Shown: piece by piece, positions 24,770-37,802 of the stretch | Layout of the letters: every line of letters starts with the position of its first letter | Numbering within the stretch: the stretch's first letter is position 1 | NCBI GenBank assembly: GCA_951406725.2 | Contig: OX597818.1 | Span: forward strand, 27,280,001 to 27,344,000 | Length of the DNA stretch: 64,000 bases | From: Octopus vulgaris | Taxonomy: Eukaryota | Reading direction: 5' to 3' | The notes under the pieces: model-generated | Databases searched by the model: none | The model's input: the letters and a program-made list of their open reading frames with translations, nothing else | What the model was told of the DNA's origin: nothing | Translations under genes and position numbers: made by a program

Positions 24770-26030
24770 ACCCAGTGTAAGCTATGGAGACATAAGAGGT
24801 GCAGCAATATCAAAGGAAGGCTAATTGGGAAGATAGTTTTTGCGTGTGGCAAATGCTCAGGAGCAATAAACACTGAAAATATGCAGAAAACAGCTTCTGT
24901 CACATTCCAGGGGAAAAAAACTAGAAGTAGTTGATAGCTTCCGTTACCTAGGTGACCAAGTCAGTAGTGGGGGTGGATGATCTGAAAGTGTAGCTGCTAG
25001 AATAAGAACAGCCTGGGCAAAGTTCAGAGAGCTCCTACCGCTGCTGGTTACAAAGTGCCTCTTGCTCAGTGTAAAAGGTAGACTGTATGATGCATGTGTG
25101 TGATCAGCAGTGCTACATGGTAGTGAAACATGGGTTGTGACTGCAAAGGACATGCGCTTGCAAGGAATGAAGGCAGTATGCTCTGCTGGATATGTAATGT
25201 CAGTGTGCATACACGACAGAGTGTAAGTGCCCCTGAGAGAAAAGTTGGACAAGAAGCATCAGGTGTAGTGTGCAAGAGAGACAACTATGCTAGTATGGTC
25301 ATGTGTTGCGAATGGATGAGGACAGCTGTGTGGAAAAGTGTCACACCCTAGCAGTAGAGGGAACCTGTGGAAGATGTAGGCCCAGGGAGACCTGGGATGA
25401 GGTGGTGAAGCACGACCTTCGAACATTGGGCCTCATTGAGGTAATGACAATTAACTGAGACCTTTGGAAATATACTGTGCTTGAGAAGACCTGACAAGCC
25501 AAGTGAGACCATAACTGTGGCTATGCCAGTGCTGAATAACCAGTCCATTTAAGAGTACCCTTCAATCATTGGGCAATAAACTGCACTTGCAGAGACCTGT
25601 TGAGGCAAGTGAAATCGTTGTCGTGGCCGATGACAGTACTGCCTGATTGGTACCTGTGCTAGTGGCACGTTAAAAGCACCATTTGAGTGTGATTGTTGCT
25701 AGTGCTGCCTGACTGGCTCACATGCCGGTGGCACGTAAAAAGTACCATTCGTGTGTGATTGTTGCCAGTGTCGCCTGACTGGCTCCTGTGCCGGTGGCAC
25801 GTAAAAAGCACCATTTGAGTGTGGTTGATGCCGGTACCACCTGACTGGCCTTCGCGCTGGTGGCATGTAAAAAGCACCCGCTACATTCTTGAAGTGGTTG
25901 GCATTAGGAAGGACATCCAGCTGTAGAAACTTTGCCAGACCAGATTGGAGCCTGGTGCAGCCCTCACTCAAACCATCCAATCCATGCCAGCATGGAAAGT
26001 GGATGTTAAATGACGACGATGATGATCACA
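24770..26030 (+). mobile_element. RTE-clade LINE 3' half with tandem-repeat 3' UTR and (GAT)n tail
   Basis: Frameshifted RT C-terminus (EVVDSFRYLGD, RIRTAWAKFRELLPLL, LHGSETW). About four ~63-bp tandem units at 25620-25880. Tail gatgatgat. Confidence 0.85.
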
Positions 26031-26035
26031 CACAT

Positions 26036-26068
<33 letters not shown>

Positions 26069-26764
26069 AATAAATACACACACACACACACACACACATG
26101 AACTTTAACCATGAAGAGGTTGACTGTGATAATTTTAAGTTCTTTTTGGCTTTACATAGTTTTAAGCATGCTGCTTTTTTATTCCTTCACAACTGCTTCT
26201 GCTTGCCTAAGACTATAAAGTCAAAAAAATCCAAGTAGATCAGAGTCTGGTGAAGGCAAACAAACTGAAACTTTTAAATCACCGTCAACTTCTTGTAAAA
26301 GTTGATAAAAATATACTCAATTAAAATGTATTGAGTAATCTTTCGGTTTAGTGTTAAATAACTTTCATTTATAACTTTACATAAAAACAAACATTAACAT
26401 ATGTATGTATACACGAACTCTTGCACACGCACACAAACAATGTGCTTTGTTATAGTTTCCATCTACCAAATTCATTCCCATAGCAGTGGCTGGGTGTGGG
26501 CTATAGTAGAAGACACTGGCCTAATAATTTTGTTGCCTGAAGGCTTTCATGTAGCAAGAACTTTGATTAAAGATGTCATCTTTGAACCAACGAAATAAAC
26601 TCTATTTGATGAATTGAATGCTATTATTTTTATGTCTATTTTCCCTTGCTGGCATGGTGTGGATTGCTTGTAGAAAGGTTAAATTTACTCATTTGTACAT
26701 TTATATACATTTCCAGTTAGACATAAAAATCAATGTTAACAATCTTTTTCTATTTCTTTTGCAG

Positions 26765-28990
26765 CAACCTCCCCACTCGACTGCAGTCAGGTTCCCTATA
26801 TCATCCTTTACTTTTCTGGAGCAAGTCATTAAAATGGTTGTCTAGGGCTGGACAATTTCACCTTAATTTTTTTTTTTTGATTCTTCAGAAACTGTTTTGT
26901 TGAAATCTATGTGTGTATACACCTCTTTCCTCATACACACACATATGCAGATATACACTTATATCATTGTTTGAGTGATATTCTTTTTCCTTTGCTTATT
27001 CATGTTTTCCTTTGTTTTTATCAGTTTGTTAAACCCCCTCCCCACCACCACAAAAAAACCCCAAGAAAACAATGATGCAACATGATGTCTTGTAGGTGCA
27101 TTATTTTAAATTTGTCTACATGTGACATTTTACTGTAAGGACAACAAGCATTGATTCTGGTGTTTGTGTTATACTGCTCAATTGAATAGTTGTGGATGGT
27201 TTTACAATAATCTGAACCTCTCATATATATATATATGTATGTATGTATATATGTAGGTAGCACTTGGATTATGGATTAAAATATATAATGAAATTAATGA
27301 CATTTGAATTGCATTTTTGTTCACCCTAAGAATATTTAATGTTTGCTATAGCTTGGAATTTGTATATAAAATTTAGTTAAGTTTCATTTTTGTTAAGGAC
27401 AATATATATTTATTGAGTCAGTCGACATTTATCTTATATATTGTTAAATTTTTTTCCATTTATGAATAAACTTTTAATTAAGTAAACTTCATATAAGGTT
27501 CTAGTTTTCTTTTAGAAAAATTTGGTTTTCTGTTCAGCATTGCCCCTTCACCCCCATTAACTTGATCTCTCATGTTAAATATGTATTTTACATTGCTCAA
27601 CTTTAACAATATGGTATTACCACACCACAAAGCTTCTCTGATCGAATTGGTGTTTTTATATACATCTTTCAGAATGTTGCTGTATATATTTACCATATAT
27701 GAACAGAGAAGTTTAACAATAATGAATTTTATATGTAGGTTATGGTATTTCAGTGTCGACATATAAACTGTATTTCATACAGTTTTTGAAGCTGCTGATT
27801 CATCTAAATGAGTTTAGCATTAGTATTGTTTTGCTAGGAAAAAAGGAGTAAAATCAAAAGCTTATTGACATTAGAATATTTTCCTGATTGATTTGAATTT
27901 TGAGAATAATAATAAAAAGTTATATAAAAATAAAAATTGGTTTTCAAATAGACAGGAAATATATTGAATACTATATTCCAGTAACTGACCTGAGATGCAT
28001 TTCATTTTATTCCAATTTATGTTAGTATTAAATTGGATGCTTATTCTGCTGATGTCTTATCCTGTTTTGTTATATCAGAAACAGTGATATCATTGTTTCT
28101 TTTTATAGATTTGTATGTCACAAACAATTGCTTCATTTGTGTTTTTATGACTTGTATTCAATGTTTAAGAATAAAAAAAACAAAAAAAAGGTTGATATTT
28201 GGGTCTATTGTATTGTGTGTGTGTGTGTCTTGCTTACTAACATTCCAATTGTTTTTTTTTCTTTCATTTATGTTATTTTCTCAGATTTGTTTAATTCATG
28301 AAGACTTGTTCTAGAGATTGTAGGTACTTAAATATTTTATTTAGCCTTCTCAAAAGGTTATGTTAGTTACGCACACAAACATGCACACACAAAATTTCCC
28401 AGCAGGTAAAGTAATTTATAATTAGGAGTTTTAATATGAAAAGAAAATCTCTATATTTTTTAAATCATGAAATTGAGTTTCATATTTGAATTGGAAATAT
28501 AGATTTTAATCTGAAGTTTTATACTCATTAGCTTGCTTACTTAGAGGTAAAAATGAACCCATTAAATAAACTTAACCTTCTCAGATGCCTTAATTATATT
28601 TCACTTTATTTTTAGTATGTACTAAGTTATGTTATTTATTGTTTCTTTCCATAAAGATTGAACAACTTTGATTTATGTAACAACTGATCTTAATACTATT
28701 ACCCCCACTCTGTACATTAGGATTTTACAAACAGCAGTTCTCTAATGAATAATAATTTGTTTTCATTATATTTTGTATATGATCATTATGACATAAGTTA
28801 ACTACAGCCCAATATATTTTTATTAAAAAATATATTGTCATATATTGTTTCAAATTTACAAATTATATGTACAGACATCTTGAATTGTTAATTGAAAATT
28901 GTCATTTCAATTGAGCTTTTTTCCTCCAGTTGCAAATTTAGCAAATGAATAAAAAAAAAATCAATAAAGACTGAATCAAATGTTTTGTTT
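26765..28990 (+). other. NUCB2: Probable non-coding last exon / 3' UTR of nucleobindin
   Basis: Perfect donor gtaagt at 23166, pyrimidine-rich acceptor ttctttttgcag ending at 26764, about 2.2 kb free of TEs, then poly(A) signals. Confidence 0.5.
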
Positions 28991-29000
28991 TTCTTTTTTT
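28948..29000 (+). terminator. Polyadenylation signals (AATAAA at 28948 and 28963) with downstream GT/T-rich element
   Basis: gaataaaaaaaaaatcaataaagactgaatcaaatgttttgtttttcttttttt. Confidence 0.55.
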
Positions 29001-31249
29001 TATTGCATAAATGCATATTTGTGTGTGTGTGTGTGGGTGGGTGCTTTTTGTTCTGTTGAAATTACTTGAAATAATTTGGGAGATTTATTATATTCCACTG
29101 AGGTATGTTGAAATACTACAGCAATCAGATACTGTAACATTCTTTCAACATGATACATACAAGGTTTGAAAAACATCATTATACTCTATTGATGCAGAAA
29201 AAAAAAAGACATACCTAATAATATTAAAAAAAAACTCAAAGATTTCTTTGAACTATTCACCTCATTTTAAAAGATGAAAATATTTTAATTATTAGGTATC
29301 TTATTCTTGGATGTATACAAAGTATTAAACTTGAAAATTTTATTTCTAAACTAAAGTTAATAATCGTGCAGAAATTATTTTCATTTTGAGTTCAGTCCCA
29401 CTGTACAGCACCTTGTGCAAAAGTGATAGTTTGTTAAACTCAAAGATATATATATTATTGTTTGTATGAGTCTGTCTTGCTGAGTATGTATATTACAAAA
29501 TGTACAGATATTGCCCTCAGAGAGACCTTTAATTTCAGTTTTTCCTTCATGCATTATTCTGGAATGAACTGGTATGTCTGCAAATTTTGGTAAAGATTCA
29601 TTGAGAAATCATGGTGTTATTTCAAGAAAAATGAACATTAATGTAGATAAGTTTAAATGACTATATAATAACTACATGGACTTCATTGAAAACTGTCTTA
29701 ATGTAGTGTATCTTGGGGGAAAACCAGCCTGGTGGAAGCAATTTCTCAAGCTATACATAGAAGAGGAATTAAATTCACTACCACAAACTAATGAAACACT
29801 CATTTATAGTGCTATCACTACTTACAACAGTGAGTTGCTCCTACAATATAGTACCTATTTTCAGCAAACCATTTAAGAGTTGAATGACTTAAGAGAAATA
29901 ACTAAAGTGACAAGGTGCATGTGTTTGAATACATAGACAAATAGAAATATTTAAAATACCATACAACAAAAATTCTTGATATCTTAAAATTATCTCCACC
30001 TCTAGAGAATGTATCATAAATACAAAATGGCAATTATGACCAGCTCCATTTGAAAAGAGGAGATAATCTCAAGATATTTCCTAAACTGACATACCATTAA
30101 GGAAAAGGACAAGCTTCTTGTCCGGAGATAAGCACACAGTCATGTACAAGTCTCTGATACAAGAGCCTTTAACAGCATAACAGTCATCTGATCTTATTTC
30201 CAGCAGCCATGGTACTTAGACTTGTAGCAAACAGTAATCATGACCTTGGTGATTTGCATGATTTAAACAAAAATGAGCTAAGTGGTCAGGAGCATGTATT
30301 TAAATAAAGTCATCATCATCATTTAATGTCTGTTTTCTATGCTGGCATGGGTTAGATGGTTTGACATGGAACTGTCCAAACTCCAATTGTTGTGACATAC
30401 TTCCTATGGCTGGGTGCTTTTACACTGCACCAGAGACAGAAAATGTGTCCACAACTACCCTCTTTTCTCCAGACAATATGCTTTTTTTTTGTTCTTAATG
30501 GCATGTTCGTTTTGAAGAGTCCTTGAAACTTGAGTTTATCCCCACTTCTCAAGTGGAGCTGGTCATAACTGTCATTTGGTAATTATAATATATCCTCCAA
30601 AGGCAGAAATAGTTTTGATAAGTCAAAAAACCTTTGTTGTATAGTATTTGACATACCGGTATTTGTGTAAGAGTCAAATATCTTGGCCAAGGATACATGT
30701 AATAACAGTGGTAAGATATCAACTATTTACTTCTCAACTAATTGTTGTTTTTAGTCCCACATCTTGACTGAACAGACCTACAATCAAAGGTATGACTAAC
30801 TGGTCCTTTTAGAAACATGCCTCAGACTAGATTATCCTGTTTTTTTTTCTTTAAAAAGACAGTAGGGTGTGATTTGAAGGAGATTTTGTTGCTATTTCTA
30901 ATAGATTAAATGACTACATAGAGTTTATATCTGGTACCCAATACATTTGTCTGTTTGTGATCCTAATTGAATAAACTACACCCTCTACAAATATGTGACT
31001 ATGTATGAATCTAAGAAATCATAGTTTTTCTTTTTTTACAATTTAAAACAAGTTTCTTAAACATTTAATTCTCAATTATATTGCTTATGATAGTAATACG
31101 TTTGATTATATTGAACTCTTTACAGTTACACTTTATTTACTACATTTGGAAACTTTTACTATCAAAGAAAGCATTTTTTTCTTTAAAGAGGCCAATACTG
31201 ATAGAAATCATCTCTAGAAAGAATGTGAGTTTGAGGGTCTTATTCAGTA

Positions 31250-32070
31250 AGAGGAGTTTGGTAAAGTTGAGGTAGAGGAATGGCTTGTGAGAACCATGCA
31301 AGCCATGTTTAAGGGTGCTATTAGTAAGAGCTAGCAAGTTTAGTAAGTAATTTGTAAGGGAAGTAGTTGTGTTTATCAAGGCTTAAATCTTAGTGTCTTC
31401 CTGTTAATTATGCCCGTAGGACCCACTGTATGCTGATGATCTAGTTCTCATAGCTAGATAAGACAAATTAGAGGGAAAGTTCTTAATGTGGAAGCAAGGA
31501 CTGAGAGGTCTAGAGATAAATTTATCAAAGGCAAAAATTTTAGTTAGCAGAAAATAGAAAAGAAGAGTACTGCTATCTAAGTGGTTATGCCAAAAAGGAG
31601 TTAGGGAATCTATATTTAGTAGCTAATGCAAATATTCTTTTCTACTCTATGCAACTGGTACTTAATTTATTGACCCTGAAAGGAAAAGCTGACCTTGGCA
31701 GAATTTGAACTCAGAACGTAAAGACAGATGAAATACTGTTAAGCATTTTGCCTGGCATGCTAACGTTTCTGCCAGCTTGCTGCCTTAGCTAATGCAAATA
31801 TTGAATACACAAAAAGTGTAGTGGGATATCAATCAGTCTTATAGAGAAAGATTTCATATGTAACAGTGGCAACAAACAAGGAGAATGAAATTTCTCAGTT
31901 GCCCAGTAGTTGAGAGCTTCTGTTATCTTGGAGATCTAATCAGATATAGAAGTGGATATTTCAGAATTATAGAAACCAGAGTAAAGAAGAGATGGAAAAA
32001 GTTCAAATACCTCTGTTGACAATAAAAAGTTTCTCTCTCACAGTGAAGGAAAGACTATGATGCATACGTA
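31250..32070 (+). mobile_element. Highly degenerate RTE-like LINE interrupted by a SINE
   Basis: Remnant LYADDLVL (ctgtatgctgatgatctagttctc) and FCYLGD motifs. Confidence 0.6.
31637..31785 (-). mobile_element. SINE family A with ~17-bp TSD
   Basis: Flanked by TAGCTAATGCAAATATT at 31620-36 and 31786-802. Confidence 0.85.
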
Positions 32071-32381
32071 TTGAGAGCTCCTCATCAGGCTCTACCTTTC
32101 ATTGAAAAAAAAAAAAAGTTGCAAAGCTGAAAACAAACACTGAAATTTGTTCTTTCGTCACAAAAAAAAAGTAACAATTATAATTAAGATATTTTATGTC
32201 TTCAAAAATAAACTCATATACATGGCTGTATTGTGAAAACAGCATTAATATTTTTTAAAACATACTTTTGGTTTCCAGTAATTATAATTTTGTATGGAAA
32301 ACATAATGATGAAAAGATAGTCCATATGGAATCAGAGGAGTTTCATGATTTTGGTTGATTCTTTGAGAAATGAGATATAAA

Positions 32382-32497
32382 TTACTTCTGGTTACATAGT
32401 AAGATCAGGTTCTGAACTGCTATAAGGGTTGACTGGACATTCTGCCCAGTAACAAGATGTCGGTCAACAATGATGTGTATAGCATCACACTCACTGC
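32382..32497 (-). CDS. GATD1: GATD1 exon 7 (last coding exon)
   Basis: ttcag|[39 protein letters not shown], with the conserved DRHLVTGQN motif. An alternative donor AA|gtaatt overlaps the stop codon. Confidence 0.9.
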
Positions 32498-32744
32498 CTG
32501 AAAAAAAAAGATTTAAAAGAGTTAATAGAACAATTGCAATGATTTTTAGATTTCCAAAGAAAATAATCTAAACATGTCTTTTATTCTCCGAGTCACAGAA
32601 GAAAATTATTTTTAAGACTTAATGACCAAAAGAACTTAATCATATGAATATTTTTCTATTGAGCTAACTGATTCTCCAATATTCAGCAAATAGGTAGAAA
32701 AGGTTAGTTTTGCTTAGTAGCTCTGGTTAGCAAAGAGACATCAT

Positions 32745-33310
32745 AACATCATGTGATCCCATCCTGTTTTTAGCAAGAAACTCATGAGTGAGGAGAGCTT
32801 GCTGGCAAGGTGCATTGTCATCATGAAGAATCCAATTCTTCATAACTCCACAGATCTGGCTACTTTTGTTGAATATCCTCCCTCAAACGCTTCAAAACAT
32901 CACAGTAGAACTCTTGATTGATGGTTTGGCCCTGGGGGACAAATTCTTGATGAACAATACCACATTTCCAGGGACATTCTCCTGCTTTTGAAACACATGT
33001 GCCACTTGAAACATTGTGTACAATTCATTGCTTCATCACCATAAGCTTGCCAAAGCATGCTCAATGTCTCTGTAGCAGATTTCCCAAGTTTAACACAAAA
33101 TTTCACATTGGCTCTTTATTCCTGTTCATGAGAAAATTGCAGACTACAGCATACATGTGATCATAAAATACAAATTTCACAACTTGTGAAGTAACCACAG
33201 CAATGTCACTCAGCATACTGCCTCATAGAGGTCACTGCTAGCTCTCATTGTGCACGCAACCATGTGTTGCCATGTGTTGGTGCACTACAAAAGTAGTTCG
33301 GGAACTTATT
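32745..33310 (-). mobile_element. Internally deleted Tc1/mariner transposon remnant
   Basis: KFCVKLGKSATETLSMLWQAYGDEAM...FKWH (HTH) is joined directly to HQEFVPQGQTINQEFY...DNAP (catalytic region). Confidence 0.8.
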
Positions 33311-35466
33311 GCGTTGTACTTCTAAATTAAAACTTTGACAAAGAGTAGCCAACTGAGTGCCATACTTCACTTTGCTCCATACACACTGTGCTATACATTT
33401 ATTAAGTACATGTAGCAACCTTTGTACATGATTGAAGCTTCTTTTGGTGGATACAACATAGACGATAAGTTAACTTGATCAGTGCAAATGATCTTCCAAC
33501 AGAAATAAGAAATTAATGAAATTTGGCAAAACTAGTTTCAGTTCTTTAATCGTTATAAAGATTATATCAATTGTTGTTTTGTGATGTAAGCAATACCATA
33601 AAAATGTTTTCAAACTATATTTTCAAAATATATATTTTGTAACCAGTAGTCATGTGAATCTAGAGCTAAAAGTCAAAATAATCTGAAGAGAGAACATTCA
33701 GTTGTATAAACTGACATGAAATTTTAGTTGAATAAATTTAGATTATTTTCTTTGTATAAAACGTTTCTGTTATCTCAGATGAAAAAAAAATGTTATAAGA
33801 AACCATACATTTTTATCAACATCATCATTTAATAATTGTTTTCCATTTGTTGGATGGGTTGTCATGGTCAAAGCCATATCATAGAGTTACTACTCCCATA
33901 ATGGGTTGAAGGTCACAATGGTTAGATATCCTTTCAAACACTAACCATACATAATGTACTCGGTGCATTGTATTGTAGCACCAGCACTACAGACTGAGAG
34001 GCTCTCTTGATCCTGCAAGACAAAATAATCCTCCCTACATTGTCTCTATTCTTTTAAAGCAATGCGACCAAGAGGATGGTTAAAAGAGAGAATGATGACT
34101 ATAAGGATCATAGCAGAGAAATTATGACTGTGAATGTGATGAGGAAACAGAGTGAGAAGAGTGAAAGGATGTTTTTTGGTGGGGAGAGATGGAATAATGG
34201 GGGAGAGACAATGATAGCTACATGTTGGCAAGGAGACAGAGTAGAAAATAGCATGAGCAGCATAATTGGATAAAGACGAATGATGGTGAGAGAGGGAGAG
34301 TGATGAAAAACAATAGAGATGGGTAAAGGTAAACAAGAGCAGTAGCTATCAATGAGGAATCACAGAAAGAAGAGAATAATGGCTATCAGTAACAAAGGGT
34401 GATGGTAAGGGTGCTCAACATGCATAGATTTGATACCACTCTTGTTGAATAGGAATCTTGATAGAAGCATAGTAGAGTGATAGAGGATGATGGTTGAAGA
34501 GAGATGGAGGGATAAATGATGATGTCAGAGGAATTGTACATATATGGATAGATCAAATGCCTATTCCTTGATAGGTAGACAGTGTACAGTGAATAAGAGA
34601 AATGGTGAGTGATAGATAAAATATTGATAAATATAGCAGATGGAACTTAACAGGGATATCATAAGTGAAAGATACAATGTAGATATAACATGCATCTTAA
34701 TTTCCATTACCAGTACCATAATGACCATTTTCCTATGCTTGCATTAGTGGATGGGTAAAGGTAAACAAGAGGAGTAGCTATCAATGAGGAATCACAGAAA
34801 GAAGAGAATGATGGCTATCAGTAACAAAGGGTGATGGTAAGGGCGCTCAACATGCAGATTTGATACCACACTTGTTGAAAAGGAATTATGAGTTGAATAG
34901 GATTATGAGTAGCCTACCTAAAATCATCAACTTCCAGTTGGATTTTCCACAGGGGTTAGCAATTGTATCTTGCTACTTGTCAACTTCTTCATAAAATTCA
35001 TGTCTTCCTAGATTTCCTTCTTCTGCAGGTTTCAACCACATCAAGCACTCAGCAATTCTTTATATATCTTACATCCTCCATACACATCACATACCCATAC
35101 CAGCACTATCTTCTCTCTCCAGCTTTTCACTCATCAGCTCATTTGTGCTCTATCATTTATGCCCACTAATATTGCACATCCAGTAGAACACACTCCTTTT
35201 ATTTCTTTATAGCTGTCACAAATGTTCCACATTCAAGGACCACGTCCAACACTATTTTAATTAGAGCAATTGTTGATAAAATGTGGCATGGTGCAATAGA
35301 TGGAGCTTTGATTCTCAAAACAGTTTCACAATGTTGCTAATGTTCCAGAGAATATACAAAGTATCATAAAACACTCTTTCCCCTTCTCCTGTGAATCTCA
35401 GTTTTTACACTAATGTAAAACCTTGTTAGTTTGCTTGTGTTTAGATAATCTGACATAAATACCTAC

Positions 35467-35560
35467 TGCTGTAACTGGCACCATTGTCTTTAATGAAATC
35501 TTCAGGTACAATGGGTAAATTTGCAAAATCAGCATTACGAGCAAGCTCTAACACAGAAGG
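35467..35560 (-). CDS. GATD1: GATD1 exon 6
   Basis: tacag|CCT...AGCA|gtaggt. PSVLELARNADFANLPIVPEDFIKDNGASYS. Phase 0/1. Confidence 0.92.
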
Positions 35561-36691
35561 CTGTAAAAGAGTAAAAATAATTTAATCAAAATACAAAATT
35601 TTCATATCAAAAACATGCAAATGTGGAAGCTTTCCTAACTATTAAGGAAGATTTCTCACTAGAGTTAAACAACTATATTTTTAAAACCTTGAGACATTGC
35701 CCATTCAGGTGATACAAAGTTCTGTATCTCTTTCTTCTTCAGTGTCTGATGGACACCCATCATCAGTGAGCTCAGGATTATGAGTAGCCTACCTAAAATC
35801 ATCAACTTCCAGTTGGATTTTCCACAGGGGTTAGCAACAATTGTCACATGTCTTACCAATGCTTTTACCTGTTCCTCTATTTGTCACAAGAACGAACTTT
35901 TAAAATCATAAAGAGGACCAGAACGAGCTCTGAAAACAAACCTGTCTTCTTAGACAGAAAATAAATGAATGAAGTAAGTTAAAAATAAAGTATTAAAATT
36001 ATGAGCTCAAATATGGCTGATTAACTTCCAGATCAAAATAAGAACAATATATTATAGTTTTGAATCTGTGAAAATCAACATTGCATTATAAAATGGGCAA
36101 TAAACTCCTTTTCAAAATCCATGTCTCATAAAGTTGATATTTATATCAAGTCTCCATCTAAATAGGTTATAAATATTAACAAGAACTATTAAGTGCCTAA
36201 ATAGGAATTCCATTTTTACCACTTTTAAATAATAGATGATATTTTTAAACACTCATAATTTTCAAATATAAGAAGAGGTAGATGATGGTTTTGTCAATGG
36301 ATATCAGTTGTGAAAACAAGTGTCTATAGCATGATGTCTTTCTTTATTCCAGTTACCAAACATAAAATGGGTGTGGGATTTATTTCAAGGTGATCAGAGA
36401 CAAATATTGTGCATCTGAAGAATGGAGAAAAAGCACTAGCAATCACAAATGTTCTTTTTTTTTTTATCGGAGTTTGAGTGAATTATATACTTAGCAGTGA
36501 TTCATTAATATTTATATTCAGTTTTTATAATTTACAACATGAAATCAAACTCTAAAAACAAATATATCACTACAACTCAAAGAGTTACTAGGAAACCAAA
36601 ATTGCAATTGAACTTAAACACAAAATATGAAATCTAATTATGTGATGCCCATTAAATTAAGTGAAAATAAGAACAATTTGTTATTTCTTAC

Positions 36692-36798
36692 GCCAGTCAT
36701 GCTGTAATCTTGAAAATTCCAGTAGCTGTTGTTAGATTTGGTTTTCAGTGTTGCAGGACAAAGTCCTGCAACACCCATACCAATGGCACAGATTGGTT
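36692..36798 (-). CDS. GATD1: GATD1 exon 5
   Basis: tgtag|AA...GGC|gtaaga. KPICAIGMGVAGLCPATLKTKSNNSYWNFQDYSMTG. Phase 1/0. Confidence 0.93.
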
Positions 36799-37696
36799 CT
36801 ACAATAACATAAAATTTAAAGAAATATAAGTACATGTACATAAACTTGAAAATCACAGTTGTGACTATTTGGTTGTAGCTATTTGTTAATGACAAACAAG
36901 ACATGGACTTCACATCTCCCATTTCTAGCTTGAAATGAATATGTTACATTGCTTGAGACATGACATGCATAGCAAAGAACACTGAAAAATGGATATTTTG
37001 CTTCAATACTACTGATTTAATGATGTTTCAAGTTTTGAAACATTGTTAATTAAAAGGATATTTTGTAAAGATCTGCAAGACTGACATTAAATCTTTAGCA
37101 TTCAAATTTCTCTGTCAAATGTACTGCTTATTTATTCATATTGTTTTGAATTAATCACACATTATCTCATAGCTTCAAGATTTTGATGATGTGGTTGTTT
37201 ACTTTTAGAATGACATTGTAGGGTAGGTGTGAGAGGCCTGATCTGGTTAGTTTGAACATAAAGCATGCAGAATATTTGGTCTGGATATGGCCAGCTTGCA
37301 ACCCATGCTAGCATGGAAAGCAGACATAAAATCATTTAACATATGTTTACCATGCTGGCATGGGTTGGACAGTTTGACAGGAGCTGGCCAGCTGAAAAGC
37401 TGCCCAGGCTCCATGTCTGTTTTGGCATGGTTTCTACAGCTGGATGCCCTTCCTGATGCCAACCACTTAACAGAGTGTGCTGGTTGCTTTCACACTGCAC
37501 CGACAAGAGTGCTTTTATGTGGCTTTGGTACAGGTGCTTTTTATGTGGCACCAGCACCCATGGCCCCACAAAATTAGGAAAGCTTAGCTGGAGAGGAATG
37601 TTGGGGACATGCCTATGCAAGGACAACCATGATTTTATTTAGCTTGATGTGTCTTCTCAAGCACAGCAAACTGCCAGGGGTCTTATAAAAGTATGG

Positions 37697-37802
37697 ATGT
37701 ATGTATGTATGTATGTATGTATGTATGTATGTATACATGCATGCATACATACATACATACATACATACATACATACATACATACATACATACATACATAC
37801 AT

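Noticed and set aside
29005-32380. An eighth GATD1 coding exon using the donor AA|gtaatt at 32385
   Set aside because: No convincing acceptor or ORF found. The in-exon TAA already gives a full-length 219-aa protein.
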